Origin: Antechinus flavipes
Lineage: Eukaryota
DNA: 64,000 nucleotides
Assembly: GCF_016432865.1 (NCBI RefSeq)
Contig: NC_067400.1
Coordinates: forward strand, 614,110,001-614,174,000
Direction of reading: 5' to 3'
Shown here piece after piece: positions 1-10,213 of the stretch. How positions within the stretch are numbered: position 1 is the stretch's first letter; every line of letters begins with the position of its first letter. A model generated the notes under the pieces. The model saw nothing but the letters and a program-made list of their open reading frames with translations, did not search any database and was not told the origin of the DNA. Made by a program: the position numbers and the translations under genes.

Positions 1-387
1 CGACCCAGACGCTTTCCAAGGCTGTGGGTCCCTCACCCCCGGCTCCCCCGCCCCAATAATCCTGTCGTTGTCTCTTTCCAGGATCTCATTAGAACAAAAG
101 GGCCTTTTCTCTTTTACCAATCAGGGATTTTGCAAAATCTCCCCTGAGATCCTGCCTTTTTTCCTGCTCTGCCCAATCGCCGGGTTTTCTTCTGCTGCTT
201 CCTTCGCCTTCTCTCTATAACCCTTACTCACTCTGCTGGGTTGCCCCTGCCCTTAAGGGGGCGCCCCGATTAAACGCCCTTGCTTGGTTTGGAAATGCTT
301 GAGCCTGAGTTCTTTCAGAGATGACACTGCCAGTCAGTACCACCGAGACCCTCATCCCACCCTCTGCCTTCCCCTTAAAGCTCGCTG

Positions 388-388
<1 letters not shown>

Positions 389-423
<35 letters not shown>
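389..423. repeat. (CA)n microsatellite
   Basis: About 17 uninterrupted CA units. Confidence 0.95.
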
Positions 424-425
<2 letters not shown>

Positions 426-1279
426 TATATACATGGAGCTTAATAAATGCTCATCGCTCAAAGAGACTGACTTTTGACTCGGCTGAGGATTCTGTGCATC
501 CGGTACTTTCCCCTTCACAATAATAATAACTTTTGTACTTCGTTTTAAGGCTAATAAATCCCTTTCCACACGTTTCACCAGAGGCTTGAAACAGCCCAAT
601 GGGTTATGGGCCGTAGGAATTGTCACCCTAAAATAACAACAATAACGCTGCAATCATTTTCGGGCTCTGTACCAGCCACTCTCCCAAATGAGCAAACTGA
701 CGTGGGTTCCCTCCCACGCGTGACACACACTGCCCCCCAGGGTCCGGGGATGACTGCTGTCTATTTAGAACCGGATGTGTGTTTTCTCCCCCCCAGAGAA
801 TAACACAAGAGAAGGTGGGTTTTCTCATCCAGCAGTTTGGCTGAGAGGGGCTTGGCCATCCGGGCGTGGAAGGCACTTATTGTTAAATTGAAAGAGGATG
901 CTCAGATTGTTCTAAAGGAAAGAAGCGTTTTTTAGCGTTTCCAAGGACACACCAACTAAGGAAGCGGCCAATGAGCGATCGTTAAGCGCTCTCTTTGTGA
1001 GAGGTTTTTTGCTCCGGATAAGGAGATTGGAGCCTCGGAGCTCGGGACGTCCTTGACATTTTCTAGGATGATCCTAAATGGATTAAAGCAAGCCGGGGTA
1101 GAGAAAGAGGCTCGCTCGGTACAACTGGGCATCAGCCCAGGGAAAGGACAAAACGGAGCGGCAGCCGCGACCTCCCCCCGTCCGCTTCCAACAAAAACGA
1201 TAATAGTCAGCAGAGGGTCAGCACGGCGAGGAGAGCTCGCGGTTCCATTTTACAGAGGAGGAGACTGAGGCTGAGGCGG

Positions 1280-1741
1280 TCGCTTTTTATAGACCAGGGC
1301 CCGGACGGGGCTGAGAAATGCTAAGAGAACTAAAGCTGGGCCCCGGGCCTGGTAGCCCCCCGAATCCGGCTCGGGCCCCCCGGCTGCGGCACGCCCCGGA
1401 TGTTTAGAAGACGCAGGGTTAGAAGCTCACGAGACTAGCCGAGTTTCGGTCAGAAAGGCGGGGGGCGGGGCCAGGGATTCCCTCCCCTAGGTGCGTCACC
1501 GCACGCACGTCCTAGGGCGGGGCCAGGGCTTCCCCGGGGAGGGACGGGGCCGGGAGGGGCGTGGCTTCGGTTAACCCCTTGGTCGCCGCGGTCTGGCCGG
1601 AAGGAAGCGGCAGCTGCGGAGGGAGGGAAACCCGGAACCGCGGCGCCCGGGGCCGGCCACACCCCCGGCTTTAAAGGGGCCCGAAGAGGATCCCGGGCCG
1701 GGCCGGGCCGGCCGGAGCCAGAGAAGCGGCCTTGGGAGGGC
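1280..1741 (+). promoter_or_regulatory. CpG-island promoter of ITPKC (by synteny probably shared head-to-head with COQ8B, whose coding exons are not seen here)
   Basis: CpG-rich stretch directly 5' of the ITPKC ATG. GC boxes (~1462, ~1516), TGCGTCA 1492-1498, ETS-like CCGGAAG 1597-1603, TTTAAA 1670-1675. Confidence 0.7.
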
Positions 1742-4700
1742 ATGAGACGTTGTCCCTGCCGGGCGCCGCCGGCCACGGAGGCGAGGAGGCGGCGGAGCCG
1801 AGGCCCGGGGCCCGAGGGGGGCGGGCTGCTGCCGCCGCGGGATCGGCCGGACGCCGCGAGGGCCTCGGGGGCGCTGGACACCGCCGGGGATCCCCCGGGC
1901 TCCGCCGAGGCCCGGGGGGCGCCGGACACTACCGGGGGCCGGGATGGGCCGCGAGGGACACTAGACACTGTAGGACCCCAGGGGACGTTGGACACTGCCG
2001 GGCCCCGGGGGACGCCGGACTCTGCTGGGCCCCGGGGGACGCCGGACTCTGCCGGGGAACTGGGGATGCTGGACACCGCTGGCGCTCCGGATGAGCCGGA
2101 CAGAACTGAGCCCCGGGGGGCACCAGACACCGCCGGGGCCGAGTGGACGCTGGTCCCTGCCTTGGCCGGGGATCCCGGGACTGCTGGGGATGTTGAGCCT
2201 CAGCCGCATGTCGGGGGGCCCTCAGGTGGGTCGGGCAGAGCTGGGCTCCGGGGGCCCCGGGGCAGCACCGAGGCACCAGGTGACCTAGTGAGCGCGGGGC
2301 CCCGGGACCAGGGAGACCCCGCCGGGACCGGGCAGCCCGACGCCACCCAACCCCGGGATCAGCTGGGCAGAGCTCTGGGGATGCTGGTCACTCTCGGGTC
2401 CCAGGACCAGCCAGACGGGCCCTGCAGACCGCCGGACGGAGACAGAGAAGGCTCTCGGGGATGGCCAGAGGGCGCCGGCCCCTGGGAACTGAAGGCCGGG
2501 GAAAGCTCTGAGACCCGGCAGGATGGAGGCCGCCCCCCGGGGGAGCCGACAAGGCCAGAGCAGGAGGGCTCCGGGGATCAGCCGGCGACACCTGGCAGAG
2601 CGGGGCCCTGGGCGGGGAGCGACGGAGACGGTGGCCGGGCCCAGGGGACACCCGGGGACACGGCTGGCCTTGGGGAACGAGGAGCCACAAAGCTGCCCGG
2701 GACGGAGAGAGCCGGCCTCCTCGGACAGCCCGACACCGACCCCTCCCGGCTGAGCCCGGGGGAGGCGGGTCCCTGGGGGCCGCAGGACCACTCAGAAGCA
2801 CCGTCGGATGCAGCCATCCCCCAGTGTGGCCCAGAGCGGAGGGCCTCTGGGGCCCTGAGCAGAGACGCCCTGGGAGGCTGGCCGGACAGAGATGACCCGG
2901 AGGGGGACCCCCTCGGGGCCCAGCTGGATGGGGCAGAGGGCCCTGGGGCTGGGCCAGCTGGTGAGGGTCTCGCGGGGAGGCTGGATGCTCAGATTGCTCC
3001 CGGGTGGCTCAAGGGAGACAGATCGGAGGCACGGTCACTCCACTGCTGGAGACGGGCAGACAGTGCGGGGGGCCTGCCGGGGAGGCTGGGCGGTGACGTG
3101 GCCCAGGGGCAGCCAGGCTGTCCGGGCACAGACGGCCCCGTACCCGAGCCGGAGCACGAGAGCCCTCTGGGGAAGCAGGCCGCCGGGGACGGTCCTTTCC
3201 CGGAGCCAGAGAGGGCTGGCTCCTGGGGACGGCGGGGTGAAGATGTCCCCATGGGAGCTCCGGACAGAGACGGGGCTAACTCCCTGGGGAGGGCAGAGCC
3301 ACCCGGTGCCTGGGCACGGCCTCCCAGCTGTGGACCTGAGCCGCGGCTGGACAGCAAGGCCCCTCCGGGGCAGCCCCGCAGAGACGGCCCCCCGCTGGGG
3401 GCAGAGCAGGATGGCCTCTGGGGACCAAGGGACGGAGATGCTGGCCCCGGAAGGCGGCTGGACGGGGACACCTTGGACGTGGGGCTCAGAGACGGCCCCC
3501 CAGGAAGGCCAGAGAGCCCTGGGGGTTGTGGACACTTCGGGGACGGCTTTGAACCCGGGCTGGTCCGTGCTGGGGCCCTGGCTGCTCTGGACGTCGACCG
3601 CCCCCCGGGGCAGCTGGAGCTGGGGGGCCCCGGCGGGGCCCTGGAATTCCTTCTGCTTGAAGAGCGGTGCCACACCCTGCTCTCCGGGGGCCCCCAGGGG
3701 CCCGTGCCGCGGGTGATCATCACCCCCGAGCCCGGGGCCGGACCGCAGGGCCGGGAGCAGGAAGCCCCTTGGCCCCATGCCGTGGGGTCCCCGGCCAGGG
3801 GCCCTGGAGGCAGCGGAGGCCTGTCATCTGCCTCGTCCTTCGATGAGTCCGAGGATGACGTGGTCGTCGGCAGCGGAGGCGGCAGTGATGCTGAGGAGGG
3901 TCCCAGGGTGAATAGAGCCCCCCCTCTCCTCCCGCTGTCCCTGGTGTCCACACACCCAGACAACGTTCTTAATCTCCTTCACCCCCACTGGTCTGCCCTC
4001 TGACCCCGGCTCTGGTCTGCCTCTGACCCCCACTGGCCCTGGTCTGTCCTTCCTCATTCCTACCAGTCCTGGTGGGACTCCCTCTGACTCCCACTGGCTC
4101 TGAGCTATTCTTCCTCATTCCCACCAGCCCTGGCCTTCCCTGTGACCCCCACCTCCCTGGCCTGCCTGTGACCCCCACCTCCCTGGCCTGCCCTGTGACC
4201 CCCCACCTCCCTGGTCTGCTCTGTGACCCCCACCTCCTGGCCTGCTCTGTGACCCCCACCGGCCCTGGCCTGCCCTGTGACCCCCACCAGCCCTGGCCTG
4301 CCCTGTGACCCCCACTGGCCCTGTGACCCCCACCTCCTGGCCTGCCCTGTGACCCCCACTGGCCCTGGTCTGCTCTGTTACCCCCACCTCCCTGGTCTGC
4401 CCTGTGACCCCCCCCCGCCCTGGCCTGCCCTGTGACCCCCCCGCCCTGGCCTGCCCTGTGACCCCCACCAGCCCTGGTCTGCCCTGTGACCCCCACCGGC
4501 CCTGGCCTGCCCTGTGACCCCCACCTCCCTGGCCTGCCCTGTGACCCCCCCGGCCCTGGCCTGCCCTGTGACCCCCACCTCCCTGGCCTGCCCTGTGACC
4601 CCCACTGGCCCTGTGACCCCCCCCCGGCCCTGGCCTGCCCTGTGACCCCCCCACTGGCCCTGAAGGACGGTCTTCACTCGGCCTGTTCTTCCTCCTTGTC

Positions 4701-7700
4701 CCATCCCACATCTCTCAAAAACATGGGGTGGGGCCCTGGTGAGTCAGGGCCCGCCAGCCCTCGCCAGGCTGGTTTGGAAGGCCCGGGCCAGGTGTGTGAG
4801 TGAGGGAGCAGGAATCCTTTTGATCTGGCGCTGGGGGCAAGAGGTGCCAGCTGTGGCTGCCCACGGCCACCTCCCGCCTGGGTGGGCTTCTCATGCTGGG
4901 AAGGAGCTTCACGAGAGGCCCCTTCCCCCACCCGGGCAGGGACTCCGAGGGCAGCCGGATTCCTGCCTAGGCATGAAGGTGGATGGGCCAGGGGCACGTA
5001 AACAGCCACATGACCCGACAGGTCCGGGCCGCCCGGTGCGTACGGGAGCCTGGCACGTGACCTTGCTCTCGGCCTCCCAGACTCGTCTCCCCTCCGTCTC
5101 CGAGGTGGAAGGACCCCGTCCACCCCAGGCCTTTCAGACGGGAAGACTGAGGCCGAGGGGATGGGGACTCTCCCACTGCGGTCCCGTGAGTCAGTGAGGA
5201 AAGTCCCCAGGGTCCCATCTCGGAACAGGGCTCTTTTGGCCTCTGGCCATCTGTCTCTTTCGCAAGAGCGCACCCCAACTACTTGGACATCACCCACTAA
5301 TCTCCCCCGACTCACACCCCATCGAACTGCTCTTTAAGCTGGTCCAGGGAGGGCTGGAGCCAGACCCCAGCCTCGTGCCCCCATCTCAGTCCCCAGAATG
5401 AGTTTGGGCTTTTTTTTTTGAGGGGGGGGGAATGTTATTCTAGAAACCTGGCTTTCCTTTAGCATCATTCCCCATATTCCCCAGCTCCCATTCCCAAAGC
5501 TTTCCCTTTGTCTTCCCATCTTCCTCACCCTCTCCTTTTGTTTGTCTCTCTCCATTTTCTATCCTCCCATGATCCTTATTGAGAAGGCTGCCTTGGCTGG
5601 AGATGGGGAGCCCCTGGTGGGGAGGGTCTTCTCCTGGATCCTTCTGCTCATCTCTCTGGGCTGGGGAGTTCTGCCAGCACCTTCCCCTTCCCCCATTTAA
5701 AGGTCATCTGTTCTCTGTCTCGGTCAGAACGTGTCCTGGAGGAAGCTGAAGTCGGCCGTGCACTACGCGCCCTTCGTGGTGTCCTTCCGGAAGCACTATC
5801 CCTGGGTCCAGCTGTCCGGACACAAGGGTACGCGCCAGGTTTGGGCCTGGGGGGGATGGAGCCGCTCTGGCCCCGACTAGCGTCCGTCCCTTCTCCCCTC
5901 TGGGTAGAAAGGGGAACGGAGGCCGGGAGCAGAATGAGGCAGCCTGGAGGCCCTGGTGTGTGTGGGGGGCTCTGCCCGGTTTCTGCCCCTCAGAGTTGCT
6001 GCTTCGCTTCCAGGCAACTTCCAGGCCGGGGAAGATGGGCGGATCCTGAAAAGGTTCTGTGAGAGTGAACAGCGGAGCCTGGAGCAGCTGATGGAGGATG
6101 CCCTTCGCCCGTTTGTGCCTGCCTATTATGGGGTGGTGGAGCAGGACGGAGAAGCCTTCAATCAGATGGAGGACCTGCTGGCTGACTTCAGCACGCCTTC
6201 CATCATGGACTGCAAGATGGGCACCAGGTGGGCTCTGGCGGGGTGCCACGGGGTACTGCAGGAGGCCCAGAAGCCATCGGGAAGCTGAGGGGGACGCCGG
6301 GGAGCGCAAGGGGCATCTGAAGGGGCGTTGACTCTCCTGGGCTCTGGGGACTGTGGGTCTGAAAGGACTGGGGGGGGGTGCAGGGGCTGGAGCTGACTGA
6401 AGCCCGGCCTCTGGCATCTTCCCCCAAGGACGTACCTGGAGGAAGAGCTGGCAAAGGCCAGGGAGCGTCCCCGGCCTCGTCGGGACATGTATGAAAAGAT
6501 GGTGGCCGTGGACCCCAGTGCTCCCACCGCGGAGGAGCACGCCCAGGGCGCCGTCACCAAGCCCCGCTATATGCAGTGGCGAGAGACCGTGAGCTCCACG
6601 GCCACTTTGGGCTTCCGGATCGAGGGCATCAAGGTGAGGAGGCCTTTGGGTGAGAGTGGGGGGCGGTGGCCGGGACTGAAGGACAACAGAGGCGAGGGGA
6701 CATCGGGAGGGGTCTGGGGTCCCCGGCACTTACAAGCTTGCAGCCATCTGCTTAATCTGAGCTTGAGATTCTCATTTGCAGAATGGGAACTTGCATTATC
6801 TCTCAAAGGGCTATCATAAAAAAACTTGGCACCTTTAAAATGAAATGGGAATAACGATGTTTGAGGGATGCTAAACGGCTCCCTTTTCCCTGGCTAAAAG
6901 AGGGTCCTGCCCTTCTTTGTGGGGCTTGGATCCCTTTCAAAGGCCGGCCAGCCCCTACCACCCCCCACGCTTCCGTGAGGCAGGAGCGCCAGGGCTGGGC
7001 TGGGGAGCAGCAGCTGCTGCTGGCGGTGGGATTGTGTGCCCGTGGCCCCCGGGGCGGGTTGGGGGGAGGGCCGGTCAGTGACCCGCTGCCCCCCTGCGCT
7101 CCCTCAGAAGGCAGACGGCACCTGCAACACCAACTTCAAGAAGACTCAGAGGGCGGAGCAGGTCACCCGGGTCCTGGAGGACTTTGTGAACGGTGACCGA
7201 GACCTCCTGGTGAGCGAAACATTGTGTCCCCCCTTTCCCATCCGTTCCAGATCCCTGTCCCTGCCTTTGGTGCAAATCCTGGTCTCACCCTCTAGCTCAC
7301 TGAATATTGGGGAGCCTCAGTTTCCCCTTCTGTGAAATGAGCTGACCGCTGCTCTCTAAAGCCCCTTCCAGCCCTAGAGCTCTGGTCCTGACCGGATGAG
7401 CTCAGAATCCTGGGGTCCTTCTCTGGGAAGCAGGAGTGAGCTCAGGCTCACTCCATGGGGAGTGCAGAGGCACGTCCCCAGTCTTGAAGTTAACAGCTCC
7501 CCCATCTCCACAGAGGAAGTATGTGGAACGCCTGCAAGAGCTTCGAGGAACCCTGGAAAACTCCCCCTTCTTCCGAACTCATGAGGTGAGCAGGGGAGCT
7601 GTGCCGGGCTAGGGCCGCCTTGCGGCCTCGGCTCGAATAGGGCACTCGTAAGGCACTTACCAGAGTCTGCTTTCTCCTAGACTGGGGTGCAATAGGGCTT

Positions 7701-8981
7701 GGGAAAGAGGTCTGCTCACCTGTTTCCCCATTCTGTTGCACTGTCTGCTCACCCATGCCTGTGTCCCTATTATGTTGTTGTGTCTGCTCACCTGTGCCTC
7801 CGTTTCCCTATTCTGTTAGTGTCTGCTCACCTGTGCCTCCGTTTCCCTATTCTGTTAGTGTCTGCTTACCTGTGCCTCTGTTTCCCTATTCTGTTGTATT
7901 ATCTGCTCACCTATGCCTCCGTTTCCCTATTCTATTGCATTATCTGCTCACCTGTGCCTCCATTCCCCTATTCTGTTACAGTGTCTGCTCACCTCTGCCT
8001 CCATTTCCCTATTGTGCTGCATTATCTGCTCACCTGTGCCTCCATTCCCCTATTCTGTTACAGTATCTGCTTACCTGTGCCTCCGTTTCCCTATTCTATT
8101 GCATTATCTGCTCACCTGTGCCTCCGTTTTCCTATTCTGTTAGTGTCTGCTCAGCTGTGCCTTCATTTCCCCCGTTCTGTTACACTGTGTCTGCTCACCT
8201 GTGCCTCCATTTCCCTATTGTGCTGCATTATCTGCTCACCTGTGCCTCCATTCCCCTATTCTGTTACAGTATCTGCTTACCTGTGCCTCCGTTTCCCTAT
8301 TCTATTGCATTATCTGCTCACCTGTGCCTCCGTTTCCCTATTCTGTTACAGTGTCTGCTCACCTGTGCCTCCATTTCCCTATTCTGTTACAGTGTCTGCT
8401 CACCTGTGCCTCCGTTTCCCTATTCTGTTAGTGTCTGCTCACCTGTGCCTCCATTCCCCCGTTCTGTTACACTGTGTCTGCTCACCTGTGCCTCCGTTTC
8501 CCTATTCTGTTGCATTGTCTGCTCACCTGTGCCTCCATTCCCCTATTCTGTTACAGTGTCTGCTCACCTGTGCCTCCATTCCCCTATTCTGTTGCATTGT
8601 CTGCTCACCTGTGCCTCCGATTCCCCATTCTGTTGCACTGCCTGCTGACCTGCACCTCCCTTCCCCATTCCGGTGCACTCTTGGACTCTGCTCCCTGACC
8701 TTTGCTGCTCTCCTTACCCAGGGGAGGGTTCCGCCCTCCCCAGTCCCCCGACCCAGCCTTCTCTCCTTTCTCCCCAGGTGGTGGGCAGCTCGCTTCTCTT
8801 TGTCCACGACCAGAGTGGTCTGGCCAAGGTCTGGATGATCGACTTTGGCAAGACCGTGCCTCTGCCGCCACCCCAGACCCTCAGCCACCGGCTGCCCTGG
8901 GAAGAGGGCAACCGGGAGGACGGTTACCTGTGGGGGTTGGACAACGTCATCGAGCTTCTGGACAGCCTGGCCCAGAGCTGA
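1742..8981 (+). CDS. ITPKC: Inositol-trisphosphate 3-kinase C, 7 coding exons, 1020 aa
   Basis: Exons 1742-3907, 5728-5827, 6014-6227, 6429-6633, 7108-7209, 7514-7585, 8778-8981; all GT-AG, phases match, total 3063 nt. Starts MRRCPCR; contains [47 protein letters not shown]; ends LAQS*. Confidence 0.97.
3977..4660. repeat. GC-rich minisatellite in ITPKC intron 1 (~17-30 bp units, core CTGTGACCCCCAC..CTGGCCTGCC)
   Basis: Roughly 25 visible tandem copies; source of the repetitive ORFs 3969-4803. Confidence 0.93.
7712..8655. repeat. Minisatellite in ITPKC intron 6 (~39-44 bp unit GTCTGCTCACCTGTGCCTCC(G/A)TTTCCCTATTCTGTT...)
   Basis: About 22 tandem copies; source of spurious ORFs 7699-8838 and 7755-8648. 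Confidence 0.95.
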
Positions 8982-9959
8982 GCCCGGGGTCCCAAGGGCA
9001 GGACTGATTTGGGGGCCCCTTGTTCCCACCCTGGGATTTATTTATTTTTGGGTATTACAGGTGGCAGGGGGGTGGCATCTGAAGCGAGAAGTCTGTGCCC
9101 CCTGACCCCTTGGGCTCCAAGTAGGGGGACCCAAGAGAGGAAACACAAAGGGGGGGAGCTGGCTGCTGAGCACTGCCCCTCCAGGTTCGGTATCTGGGTA
9201 CCATGCCTGCTTGTTGTGCCGCGGGTGACCTGTGGGCGGAGAAGGCCCTCCCTCTGAGGGCCTTTCACCTCAATACCAGCACCAGCTTTGGGGGAACGAG
9301 GAGCCTGGCCCCCAGCTTACACTGTGACTCCTACTCTTAATGAAGGCGTCCCCCTTCTCCTGGCCCTGCCTTGGTCAGGCTTGGGGGAGGGGAGAAGTCA
9401 TCTTGGTCCGGTTCTTCCTCCCCAGAGGCCTCTGCTTCCTGGCTTGGATTGGAGGGAAGGAGGCTGAAGGGGGGCTGGCTGGCTGTTCTCTGCCCTCCCC
9501 ATTTGGTGTGACCACCACTGCCTCTGCCCGGGGCTCTGGGCCGGCTGCTCGGCTTCAAGCCGGGTCAGGGTTTGCTGGTGGCCAACCCCGGAGCCCAAGA
9601 ACCAAAGACTAGGCCATCCGTGCACCTGAGGGCGAGGGAGAAAACCCCGGCCCTTATTTGTCTTCCTGCTCCCCAAGGAGTCGGGGAGGAGCCTGCATTT
9701 ACAACTAGCTCCTCACGGTTTCCTTCTGGAGAAATGGAAAGTGGTGGAGCTGGGGTTCTAGGCCAGACCCCAACTCCCCAGCACTGTTTTTTCACTACAT
9801 GTCGGCTGCCCCCCAAGTCCTAGCCTTAATGAAGCTCCTTCCTGGCCCGGGGGGCAGGGGAGGGAGGGAGAACAGGGGTATGCTCTTTCTACTTATTTAT
9901 AAAGGGGTGGGCTGATGCTGGGAGGGAGGGGATGGGGCGGGGGCCTCGGTACTCCCCAA

Positions 9960-9965
9960 AATAAA
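9960..9965 (+). terminator. Probable ITPKC polyadenylation signal
   Basis: AATAAA about 980 nt after the stop, followed by T/GT-rich sequence. Confidence 0.7.
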
Positions 9966-10213
9966 GCCTGGTGACTTTTCCACAAGCTCTGTGAGTTGAG
10001 TTCTGGGGAGCCCCCTTCACGGGGCAGCATCGAGCACTGCAGGGGGAAGAACGACCCGGGACGCTCCTCACAGCAGCACAGCCGTTTATGAGCCCCGACA
10101 GCCCACCCCACCGTACAAAGGGTCCCCAAAAGTAGTTGTGGCCCAGAGGACCCAGCCCTTGGGCCTCCGGGTCCCATGTTCCTCACTCGGCCACGGCCGT
10201 GGCTGTCAGCCCC

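Noticed and set aside
850-1200. AWKALIVKLKED peptide faintly like an RTE LINE 3' end
   Set aside because: Too short and degenerate to call without a search.
7699-8838. 379-aa and 297-aa Cys/Leu-rich ORFs
   Set aside because: Translations of the intron 6 minisatellite.
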